Assembly (NCBI GenBank): GCA_951406725.2
Contig: OX597829.1
Span: 51,770,001 to 51,834,000, forward strand
DNA length: 64,000 bases
From: Octopus vulgaris
Taxonomy: Eukaryota
Reading direction: 5' to 3'
The notes under the pieces were generated by a model, which searched no databases, had not been told where the DNA came from, and saw only the letters and a list, made by a program, of their open reading frames with translations. Below are positions 28,301-41,281 of the stretch, piece by piece. Every line of letters begins with the position of its first letter. The first letter of the stretch is position 1. The position numbers and the translations under genes are program-made.

Positions 28301-31300
28301 AAAGATTTCCATTATTGAATGTGAAGTTCCTCTAATGAATCCATTTCATCTTAAGGAAAGACAAAAACATCACAACTATTGTAAAATGTTAAAGCATTTC
28401 CAGGGACAAACCACTTTAGATCCTCTCAGATTTGAAACATAAGGAATAAATAAGATTGAGTTCAGTTAATGCTCAAGTGTTGTAGCAGAATGCCAAGTAG
28501 AAGGAAGGAAATTCCAGAAGAAAGATGCAGTTCTGGGGAGGAAGGACTATGTAAATACTTAGTAGAGAGTTTGTGAGTTAAGAAATAATGAGTGATGGTA
28601 GTGGTAGTGGGGATAATATCGAGAAGATCTGTACTCCACAGCAGAAATGTTAAGACCGGTCCCGTTGGTGGTGAAAAGCACTCATGGCAGTGCCATGTAA
28701 AAGTGCCCATGTAGCACCACATAAAAATGCCCATGTGACACCATATAAAAGCACCTGTGCAGTGCCACATAAAAGCATCCAAAACACTTTAAAGTGGTTG
28801 GTGTTAGGAAGGGCATCCAGCCATAGAAACTATGCCAAATCAGACTGGAATCTGGTGCAGCCTCTCCACTCCCCCAGCTTGCCAGCTCTGGTCAAACTGT
28901 CCAACCCATGCTAGCATGGGATGTTAAATGACGATGATGAGTCAACCACGTTCCATTTACAAATAGCTATACTAGAAGACACTTGTCTAATGTGCCATGC
29001 AGTGGGACTGAACCCGGAACCATGTGGCTGGGAAGCAAGTTTCTTACCACACAGCCACTCCTGTGCCCATTCTGCATTTTTTTTTAGATGGTTAAAATAT
29101 AATTTTTAGAGTAGTCAGGAAATAATATTTTAGGGTGGTTAAGATTTTTTTCTTATTTTTGGTAGAAATAGTTTGCTTAATATGGTCTGTGAGGTGTTCT
29201 ACGAGAACTACTAAGATACCAGTTTCAACCTTATTAGGTCTCTTTAGGCTTTCATGAAGTAGCATGTGACTACAAATAATGTTTTACATCTTGTTAAAAA
29301 CAATTCAAAAGTATTCTTCTTCAGCAAAACTGGATACTTTAGAAGCAAGTGAATATACTTTCTATACCGATGTATTTAGTCATCATACCATAAAGCATTC
29401 GACATAACTTTTATCTTTACGACAAGAACATCTACTCCAATGTCCCCTACTCTCTTAAAGGATCTTTAAATTGCAAGGTATTTGGGGACCCTGCCAGTGA
29501 CAGTGCCATGTAAAATGCATCCAGTCCACATTGTAAAGTGGTTGGCATTTGGAAGGGCATCCAGCTATAAAAACCATGCCAAATCTGATCTTGCCTGTGC
29601 TGGTGCCATGTAAAAAGCACTCAGTCCACTCTGTGGAGTGGTTGATGTTAGGAAGGGCATCCAGCCATAAAACCCCTGCCAAAACAGATAGAGAGTCTGG
29701 TGCAGTCTTTGGCCTGGCCAACTCCTGTCAAAACATCTAATCCATGCCAGCATGGAAGGCAGGTGCTAAACAGTGATGATAATATAAAAAGAGATGAAGC
29801 AAAGTTAAAATATAACTAGAATCTGTCATATTTTAGAAACGGGTAGTATTATTTTATAGCAAGATTGGTAGAATTGTTAGCACACTGAACAAAATGGTTA
29901 GCAGCATTTCAACCAGTTTTACATTCTGACTTTAAATTCTGCAAGAGGTTAACTTTGCCTTTCATCGTTTTGGATTGATAAAATAAGTACCAGTTAAGCA
30001 CTGGGGTCAATGTAATCAAAGAGCCTTCTTCATGCAAAATTTCAGGCCTTATGCCCATTGTAGAATGATTTAAATTTATAGCAAGATATAATTCTTTCTT
30101 GAGTAATGTTTTGTCTTTCCTTAGTTTGGTCTGAAGGAAGGGACTATCTTCACAGCCTTCATGAGTCCTACAAGAGCGGTAAGAGAGGGAAAATACGCAG
30201 GGGAAAAATATTCCAGAGGTTTGACACTTTGGGGCATAAGGGGCAGGTGAAGTGATTAGTGCTGATTTCAGACATTGTGACAAGAGGAAGAGAAGTAAGT
30301 CAAATGGTCCTGAGTGGAGGTAGTTCAAGACCAGCAAGTTTGAGGAACAGAGGCCACAATAGCAGTGTCAGCAGAGGATACAGAGTGAAGAAGGAGACTG
30401 GATGTCTGAAGCTGGAGAGCAATGGTGAGTGACTTAATGCCAACCAACCTTAGGTCTCATAGTTCTTTCATTTTTTAAATAGGTTTTAAAATAAAACAAG
30501 TATTTCATTATTGAAGAGTGCAAAGAAATTTTTGACATGACATCATGGCAAATATTTTCCATGTGAGAAATAATTTCTTTCTTTTGCGCAAAGAAAAAAA
30601 ATTCCTCAATGTGGCACCATTGATTTTCCACAACTTTTTGATAATGCTTCTAATTCAGCTTCAGATTGCCAACTTTGTAACTGTTTGACTTGCACTGTTT
30701 TCAACAATAACATCATTATCATTTTCCACCATCTTCTCTCTCTCTCGCCTTTTCCAACTGGTGGATAGCCGTGCATCACCTCTACTGCAAAACACCTATT
30801 TCCTGACCCTCTATTCATATTCTAATGTCATATCGCATGGAACTAAGCCACCTACCTCAATACGACTCCTACCTAAGTTGAGGGATTCATCTTGTAAAGA
30901 TATTTGGTGACCTCACAGCTGCTGGTGCCATGCAAAAAGCACCCAGTACACTTTATGAAGTGGTTGGTGTTAAGGAAGGGCATCCAGCCATAGAAACCAT
31001 TCCAAAGCAGACAGCAGAGCTATGCACCGTCTTCTAACTTACCAGCTACTGTCAAACTGTTCAACCTATACCAGCATTAGAAGGAGGATATTAAATGATG
31101 ATGATCACCATCAGCAGCAGTAGCAACATCACCATAATATCTACATCTGTTTTTCCATGCTTGCATGGGTTGAACAGATCCTTTTCAACACAGCACCTCA
31201 GCATTTGTCGTATTCTTCAGTAAGATTCAACATCCTGAGATCAGCTTTTATCACCTCCATCCATGCCCTCTTCTTCCTACTCACTTTTCTCCTGCTTTCA

Positions 31301-34300
31301 TACCCTGGCATTAATCTTTTATCTTTCACTTGTTTCAGTCATTAGACTGGAGCCATGCTGGGGCACCACCCTTGAAGAATTTTTAGTCAAATGAATCAAC
31401 ACCTGCATTTCCTTTTAAACTTGGTACTTATTCTATTGATCTCTAATGCCAAACTGCTAAGTTATGGAGATATAAACACATCAACACCAGTTGTCAAACA
31501 GACACACACACATATATATATAAATATATATACACACACACACGACAGGCTCCTTTCAGTTTCCGTCTATAAAGTCCATTCACAAGGCTGCAGTTAACCT
31601 GAGGTTACAGTAGAAGATACTTGACCAAGGTGTCATGCAATGGGACTGAACCTGGAACCATGTGGTTGGGAAGCAAATTTCTTACCACACAGCTACACCT
31701 GTGCCTAGCCCTTTACTCTGCCTGTTGTTATTCACCGTGAACATCATGTGCCCATTCCAATGCAATCTTTGGTCTTGCACACATCACACACTCCTCTTAT
31801 ACCTAATTTTTCTCTCAGCTCAATCTTTATCACATTGTTCATGCATGCTAATATCACACCCACACCCACACTAAACTCTGAGAAGTTAGACCATAGTACA
31901 ATTGGTTGAAATATTACATTCATGTGGCTAGACTACTTACACTGAATGTTCTTTTAGTTGTACAAACAGAAAAGAAAATTACAAGTGGAATTTTCGTTCA
32001 GGTGTAAATATGCAATAAGCATCCAATATCAGAAAACTGATCATATTTTATAAATATTTTGTTGGTTACAAGTCAAGGTAGCCCCTTTGCAGTTACTTGA
32101 CACGTTATTAGCTTCAGCAGCCATATCTCCCTCAAATCTCATTCTACTGTGTATAAAAGCAGGGAAAGAAATAGAGGATAATATTCTAGGGACCTCTAAA
32201 AGAGCAATTTGGTTAAAGTTAGAATTTCTTTGATCAAAGGTTTCACGGTTCACTTGGAGCTAAAAAACAACAACTGAGTGGTTATGCTATGAATTATGAA
32301 CGTAATATATCATCAGAGATGCTAAGAAATGATACTGGCAAGTTTTAATTATAAAAAGAAGTGGTGACAATTAAGTTGATTGGAATATCTGCAGAGGTAT
32401 TTTCACAAGGAAGTAAATTGTTTCTGATATGACAAGCATTTCAGCCATAAGTATTCCATTTCCCCTTTTCAGGTCTATAAAACTATATTCATCATCATCA
32501 TCATCATCATTTAGCGTCCGTTTTCCATGCTAGCATGGGTTGGACGGTTCAACTGGGGTCTGTGAAGCCGGAAGTGTTTCTACGGCTGGATGCCCTTCCT
32601 AACGCCAACCACTCCGTGAGTGTTCTGTATTTTATTTTTGTTTTGCTTTCTTTATTTAGAACAACTTGATGTGATTTGAAGGGGATTTGGCTGCTGCTTC
32701 TAGCAAGTCAAGCAAAGACAGAGTAACTCAAAACAATCAGTGACAGAAATAGATGGGGGGAAAAAGAGAATGAGTAAGAGTGACAAGGATAAAAAAAAAA
32801 AGGGAGAAATAAACAGTAGGAGTGAAAAGGATGAAAAGAAAAGAGAGAATCAAACGGATAAGTAAAATATCTGTTAGGAACAATATAGTAAGAAACTCAC
32901 AGCAGTGGGTCTTCAAAGAAACCCACCTGTAGCAAGTATTTTGACCCTTAACTTCTCATACTTTAAGGCAGCTGGGTTGTATCCAGGTCATAACTACTGG
33001 GTGCCCCTCTACTGACACTTTTAAGCCACTTGGATATCGGAGACGTGTGCATTTAAACTGCTTGAAGATTTCATCTAGGTGTCGATGAAGTCACCAAGCG
33101 GCAGAAAATACAGGCTCAAGTGTGAGTGTATGGAATTGTATAAGTGAAACAAAGTTTAAGAAAGAAAACCAAATTATTGTTCTTACCTGTGTTGAATGAA
33201 TTGGTTACAACAGCAGTTGCTGTAGATATAGAAGCTGAAGAAGTGTTAGATGCAGTTAGTCCAACTGAAGTTTGTACTGTTCCTTGCACTATCACAGGAC
33301 TGTTTTGGTTGTGTACAGAAAGAGTACTTACAATTGGCTGTGTTAATACCTGAGTAGTGTAAGTATTAGACAAAGAAGAAACATCCCTAGTAGGAATCAC
33401 AGTACTAGTCCGATTATTTACAGGAAGGAATGAGGCATCGACTGTAACAGGCGTTGCACTCGGCAACAACGTCAGTGTCATCATATGTGGGTTTTCCTTT
33501 GGAAGAAGAGTCCGTTGAAAGAATACAGGCTTTTGTGCACTATGAAGCAATTTTCTACGATACCTTGTTGGTCTGTATTTATTCTACAAATCAAATAGAA
33601 ATAAACTTTAGTAGATATTACAGGAAATATTTAGCAAATATTAAGAACAGCTGAATGTGTTTAGGAACCTAAACATCTTGATATATCAAAAGACTTTTAT
33701 CTCGTTATCATCATTTAACATCCACTTTTCTGAGCATGCATGGCTGAAAGTTCATTTGAGGCAGATTATCTACAGTCTGATGTCCATCCTGTTGTCAACA
33801 CTCACCTGTTTCCGAGCAAGGTAATAATTTCTCTATGGCCAGACATGTTCTTGCAGAATACTGGAAATATGGGAAATGAATGACACTGCTGGTATGACTG
33901 GGGACTGAACCCGGAACCATATGTTTGGGAAGCAAACTTCTTACCACACAGCCACACCCCTGCCTGTAGTTTATAATTTGATATCCAACATCTCAAATGT
34001 AGGCCACAGACATAATCAATTAGAGTGACACAAGTAACTGATCCAGAGAGAAATAAATAAGATTTGAACCTGGATCATAAATGTATACAGCTAAATTTTA
34101 TCATTCTACCAATCTACAACTATTTTGTAGATTATAATATTAAAACGTAACTCTCCGAACTGGTATTTCCATCAGTCTTGTTTATTGCCTTCTATACTCA
34201 CCTCTACCCCCATCTCTAACCATGCATTACAGCCCCCTCATAGTACACCCACTTCATCTGATCAACTGTTCATATCCTCTCTTAGGATCACCTTGTACCT

Positions 34301-37300
34301 TGAGAGTTTGCTCTGATGTTCCATCACTACCTTCCTTTTATCTAATTCAGCCATGTATCTCTGTAACAAGATACCTGTGTTTGTCTCTCTATCATACCAG
34401 ACTTTCAACAAACTCGTATATGGCTACCTAAACTTCTCAAATACTTCCCCTATTTGGTGGAGGTTGGGGCCTCTTTCTTTCCCTGTCTTATAAGTTATTT
34501 GCTAACCTCACTTGTGCCAGTAAATGAGAAAAAAAGCACCCAGTACACACTGTAAAGTGGCTGGCATTAAGAAGGGCATTTGTAGGAACCAAACTTGGCT
34601 GTAGGAACATATCTGGTATTAGGAAAGACATCTGTAAGACCCATACCTGGCTGTAGGAACCATACCTGGCTGTAGGAACCATACCTGGCTGTAGGAACCA
34701 TACCTGGCTGTAGGAACCATACCTGGCTGTAGGAACCATACCTGGCTGTAGGAACCATACCTGGCTGTAGGAACCATACCTGGCTGTAAGAACCATACCA
34801 AGCCGTAGAAACCATACCAGGCTGTAGAAACCATACCTGGCTGTAGGAACCATACCTGGCTGTAGGAACCATACCTGGCTGTAGGAACCATACCAAAATA
34901 GAATCTGGAGCTTAGTGCAGCCTTGTGGCTTGCTGGATCCTATCATATTGTCCAACCCATGCCAGCATAGAAAAAGGATGTTAAATGGTAATGATAATGA
35001 ACTAATTTGAAATGTTAAAAGTACAGTCATAACAGAATCAAGCGAACTTACTATGTATTCATTTGTAACAAAAGTTTGTGGCAGTGGCCCTTTTCCTGGT
35101 ATCACAGGTACTCGAAAAACTCCATCAACACGTTCAGAATCATCCTACCAAAATAATTGTAAATATGTTTTTATAATATATACAACAATCAGATCGTGTG
35201 AGAGCAAAAACTTGTGAAAAGTTTACAAAAGGATTTCACATATTAAAAAAAAAAAAGAATATTTGAATTTAAATTATTAATTAACCACAAGTAAAAGGTT
35301 AATCAAATTAAAATATGTTTAATCAATACTTATTTTATCAACATCAGAGGCATGACACCTAAAATTTGACATTAAAATGGTTTGAATTCCAATACACGTA
35401 GATCAATCAATTAAATATTGTGTACTATCTGCCACTAGTAATTTACTGTCTCTATAAGATTCTGCTTTTGAAAATAGCCATCTCCTGGAACTTACAGTCT
35501 TCCACTTCTAATGTAGAGTAGATATTTACAACAAGAAATATTCTCGAGCAAGTTGTTGAAATACAGAATTTCATTTATTTTTTTTTTTACTTGTGTCTGT
35601 TAGAAGTGGCTGCCCTGGCCTGTGCAGGCATTTCCAAAACCAATGAGATTGATGCCATTAACATTCCTCTTGGAATTTTTAAAATCAATACCTGCAGGAA
35701 AGATATGATTAGGCAGGTGTGTCGATATTCTGAAAAGGGAAGTCTGGGCATAGAGTTTAGTACACCATTATAGAATTAGTAGAAAAAGGAGACAGAGAGA
35801 GAGGGGTTATAGTGTGCCTGTGGGCTGGAGGCTAGAGTGGTTCAATAAGTACTTTATGCCAGTTAATCAGGTAGCTATTTTGTTGATGCAGTCTACATTG
35901 ATTGTGTGAACAGCTGCAACACCATTCCAGATGTGAGAGCAACACTCCATTGTATGCCTCACCTAAGCTTTGTAGCGTGTTAATTGTTGGGGTCACTGAA
36001 GTACCTCCTGGTCTTCAAGTGAAAGGACTTGGTATAAATGAAGAATTGTAATTAGCATGTTAACCACTACATTTACCAATAGTGGTTCATCACAAACTTC
36101 ACTCAATCGCCATATGTATTTTCATAATTTGAGAAAACATTTTATTCTAAATCTTTGACATGGTTTTGAGGAGATTTAAATAACGAGTGTTAAATATTAA
36201 AGTTTAATTAAGAAATATTGTAAAAATGCAAAAAAAATTACATTTCCTTGTAATTAAATAGTATACTGTATGACTGGAAATATGTGGCACTAACAGACTA
36301 TGGCAGTTAAAGTATTAAGACAGTGAACAATAATATTCTATTCAAGATTTTCTTATTCATAACATTAACCTCTGAAATTAAGGTTGAATTCATTATGTTT
36401 ACAGCTAAATAAATTTATAGATACACAAATACATACGTTTTTCTCTTCTGTTTTTTGTTCTTTTTTGTCATGTGAACGTTTAACAGCATTTTCAGAATTT
36501 CCACAAGATTCCTTATAAATTGCACCATTTTTGGTATTATTTTGAAGACAAGTGTTCCTATTGATGTTTTTGTTCACAAACTTTGAATTAGTTTTTGCAT
36601 CCGAAGGATTCAATAGTTTGCCACAAGCTTCGCAAACTTCGCAGCCAGCACTGTTAGCCTAAAAAGTGAGAAACATACTTGAAAAATGTTAACCCAAAAT
36701 AACCTAAGAAATACAGAACTCTTGAGAAATGCAATAATTGTTTCTAATTTAGGCACAAGGTCAACAATTTTGAGGTAAGGTAGTTAGTTGATGCCACGGA
36801 TTGGAATCTTATCCCAGAGGGATAAAAGGTAAAGTCGACCATGGCAGGATTTCAACACAGAGTGTAAAGGGTCAGAAAAAAATACTGCAAGGTGCTTTTT
36901 CCGATGTTCTAACAATTCTGCCAATGTATTACTCTCAAGAAATATGATAAAATAAAAAAAATTCTACCTTTCCACTTTTTGGTTTTTCATTTGACTTTGG
37001 TGCTTTAACTTTAACATAGTCCGTAAATTCCATTGTTGCCAAATGTACAAGTCTTCGCAGCCTATTGATGATAGAGTAAGATTCATATAATTTATCTTTA
37101 GAATCGGGAGATGTCTTTGACCAATCATATTCAAGTCTTATGGGTTCATCTTTGCCAAAAATTAAAAAAAGCTGAGCAACTGTCAAGTTCTCGGCTTCCT
37201 TCATTGTCCATCCCTTTTTAGATTGTTCAAGAAGCTTTACTTTTATTTTTTCTAAATCTTCAGAAGTACGAATGTCTGTTGTATTAGGAGCTACAGATGA

Positions 37301-40300
37301 ACTGTTTGATGTGACTGTTGTGGTGTGTGATGTGTTGCAAGATGTTACTGCAGATTTATTTTCATCATTTTTTTCAGACACTTGTGGAGACATTTCTAGT
37401 GTTTTGTTTTCCGCAGAATTCAACACAGGTTGACTAGAATTTTCAGAAACATTACTGCTGCTGTGTGACATCATAGTATCGGGAAACATTGCATTGTCAG
37501 AACTCACATCAGCAAAATCTGTTGTTCCTGAAACTGTTACTGGACCATCAGATTCTTTTATGAAAGAACCTGAAAGAATTCCATCATCTTTGGCATTTTC
37601 AGAGGATAATTTTGGTGACTGTACAAAAGCAGCATCGCAGGAATTTTCATTATTTGTAGATACTGTTGGCATTATCCTGGCTTTATGTGCTGCAAAATAA
37701 ATAAATAAAATTAATAAAATAAAGTAAACAATTTTTAAAAATATAAATCTTAGAAAAATAATAAATAGTTCCTAAACCAATATAATTCTCCAACTCTTAA
37801 TTATGCTACCTGTTTCAGTCACTGAACTGCAACCTTAGCAAAGCACTGCCTCAGCCTTTAGGAGTCTTAGTTGATTACCAACAATTGTAATTTTGATACT
37901 ATGACACCTCATGCAGTTAAGAATTTCACTTTATGATTGTGTGATTCCATGTTGGAAACCACTTCATGTTACTTTGGTCAAGTGTCTAATATTGTAGCTG
38001 TGAGTCTTGAGCTTTTCTGGTGAAAAAAGGAATTGTTTAATACATGAAGGGACAAAGAGGCATAAGAGACACACACACAGATATATACATATCTATATAT
38101 ATATATACAGAAGGCTTCTTTCAGTTTCTGTTCCCCAAATCCATTCACAAGGCTTTGGTCAACTTGAGGCAACAGTAGAAGACACTTGCCCAAGGTGCCA
38201 TGCAGTCAGACTGAACCCAGAACCATGTGGTTGGGATGCAAGCTTCTTACCACATAGCAATGCCTGCACCTATAACACCCACAGCATTTAATGTCCAAAT
38301 TCCATACTGGCATGGGACACTGTGACAGGATCAAAAGAGCCAAAGGACTGCACCATGCCCCAGTATAAACGTTGGCATGGTTTCTATGGCCAGATGCCTT
38401 TCCTAATGTCAACCACTTTACAGCATGTTTTTATCATGCTACGAGCACTAGAGGTTGCCACAGAGCTTGCGAGGCTACAAACCCCAGAGGACTAACTATG
38501 CTAGGAGATGAAGAGTAAAGAGAGATGAAGTATGAGAGAAAAAGGCTGGAGCAAAACAGGTTCCTTGCTGTAGAGGAGTCATCTGACTACTCATATACAA
38601 ATGCAATATACTTATCAACATTTAACGTCCTTTTTCCTTGCTGGCATGGGTTGGATGGTTTGACAGGGAATGGTAAAGCCACACCAGGTTACATAGTCTG
38701 TTTCAGCTTAGTTTCAGCAGCTGGATACCCTTCTTAATGCCAACCACTTTACAGAATGTACTGGGTGCGTTTTACATGGCACCAGCACAAATTATTAGTT
38801 GTTGTTTAGATCAAGGTTAGCGCAGATTGTGCTAACATATGATTAAAGGAATACAGCTGTGACCATCCCATCTTGGAATATCTTGGACAAAATTACTCAA
38901 TGTGACCTTCCTGTTTTGAAAATGAAGCAGTGTTGAGGGAGATTTGGTTGCTATTTCTAGCAAGCTAAACACTCATGTTGAGACTAATGTGTTGGCTAAT
39001 TAATTTACAAGTTTAACTATTTAACATGTAACTTACTTTCGTGATTCCAAATAAAAACAGAGCAAATCTTTGGAGCCAATGAGCAAACCCCTATAAGATG
39101 ACTCAACTTGCTAGAAAACACAACCAAATCTCCGTCAAATACACCTTACTGTGTTAAAAAAGAAGGAATGGCATATTTGATAATATACAGTATGTCTGAA
39201 TGAGTCAATATATTCAGGGCTATAGTTCCACCTAAACCAGTGCTGACCTGACAACAGCAATAGTAATTCAAGTGTGACACACAAAGAGCTTCAATGAAAT
39301 TAATTTAAAAAGTAAGAAGTACCTTTTATATTTGTATAATAGTTACTGAGCTTCAGATCAGGCTTTGGTGCTGTTTCTATTGCTTGAAGAGAAACTGGAT
39401 AGCATTTACTGGACCTATGAGGGTATAATACAAGCTGCTTCTGACTTTCATCAAATGAGTTCAAACTCTCTTTCTAGTAAGGAGTGAAGGAAATGTTTCA
39501 CTAAATATAAAACACTGCAAAGTATTTGAGGTCCCATGAGTGAAAGAGAAAAATCTAAAGAAAGGATTTTATTTCTTTACAAATACCGTAAAAACCCATG
39601 TAATAGATGCATTTTTTTTTTTGCAGGGGTGCGTAAATTACATGAGTAGATAATTTCCAGAATTTGTTTTGAAATTTTTTTTGTTGAAAAAAGATGTACA
39701 AAACGTAATCTTTTGTACCAGAAGTTGACTTGCTTAATGCCCTAAGTTTTTACAGAAAAAAAATAATGGCTTAAATACACATAATGAAGTTGACTTTTAT
39801 TCATGCTGGACAGTATAATGCTTAGTTTTTCTGTATAAATTTACTAAAACCACTAAATGCTTAACTAGTTTTTGAAGTCTGATGTTCATGCTGGTAAACA
39901 CGGTGTGGACAATATTTTACATAGCTTGGAGTTTCTACCTATTGCAATGGAACATATTTAATTTCTCCTTCGCAGTAAACAATTCATAAATTCTGCCCAT
40001 ACTGCCCATAAGATCTTTAAATGATTCATAAGTTCTGCCCATTACTGATAATAATAGTAATAACAAATTTTTAAGTTTGCTTGACATTTTATAAGGGATT
40101 AAAATTTCAATACTCTGTATCAAAGGTTCTAAAAGAATTCTGTTTACATAATCAGCTTGAACAGTCAGTTGAGTAAAGTGTCATCGAAGCTGATGTGCGT
40201 ATTTATTGGCTTTGTTTTTGTCAGTAATTCTTTTCCTATGATCATGATTTGAGAAGACATACAGCAGTATGCTAAAGATCGGACATAATCTCATGTGGGC

Positions 40301-41247
40301 AACAAAATGTAAAATAAAGTTTATTATAAACAACACAAACACTTTGTAATTTAATAGCTTTCAATGTGATACCTGAAATTATTTTTATCTAATGAAAATT
40401 TAATAAAACTATTCATAAGTAAGTGAAAGTATGCTAAATACAACTAAATTGAAAACCTTTTCCCCCTGGCTATATTGGCAATTCTGAAAACTTTTAGGTG
40501 TGAATTTTATATGAGTAGAAGCTTTTTGTTAACAAATTTTATCCTGAAAATTACCTGCATAAATTACACAGGTGTGCAAATTACATGGGTTTTTACAGTA
40601 ATTACAAATGCAACAAAAACAAGCAGGGTAATTTAAATAGGGGGGAAAAAAAGGATACAAGTTTGAGTCGTGGTGGTTTCCATTTCTTTTGTAAAAATGA
40701 CATTACAGTTGATAAATGCTGATCAGATTTTAAAGTCATCCGTAAACGTGGATTTTGAGCCATTTCTTGAACATGGAACCATGCAGAGTTGTTTTTTGGA
40801 TTTAGTTCAAGAGTAACTCTTTCAGGTACACGGCACGTGGAATCTTCATCTTCAACTGGATCTAGGTAAAACAAACATTCATTAACAAAAGCAAAAAGGA
40901 AAAGGGGGATAAATTTTTAAGCTTGAATAAAACTATCAATTTATCCAAAATAAAAATAGATATTGGCAAAATATTTCAAAGGAAATATTTTAAGCAACCA
41001 GAATTGCTGAGTAGCAAAGTTAAGTAATTAAAATTTAAAAATAAATGTAATTATCTCTAAAGGGGAAATCTTCTTGACCCTAATTAGAAAATACTTTCCT
41101 CCCAAAAACCTTCAACAAAAATACTATTATCTTACTCAACTACTCGAAACTTGAAAAAGATTATTGTTTCTTCAGATATTTGCTGACTAATGAAACTAGA
41201 AAAAGCTCTTTCACTAATAACATTGTGTGTGTGTTTGTGTGCGTGCA

Positions 41248-41281
<34 letters not shown>

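Noticed and set aside
32041-32253. Extra CRAMP1 exon in the 10-kb intron 13
   Set aside because: It overlaps a dispersed repeat motif (tttgagggagatatggctgc), has no convincing splice pair, and exons 13 and 14 already join in phase.
34488-35105. 205-aa repetitive ORF or CRISPR-like array
   Set aside because: It is exon 12 read through into a SINE plus a 19-bp tandem repeat. There are no unique spacers and no cas genes, and the context is eukaryotic.
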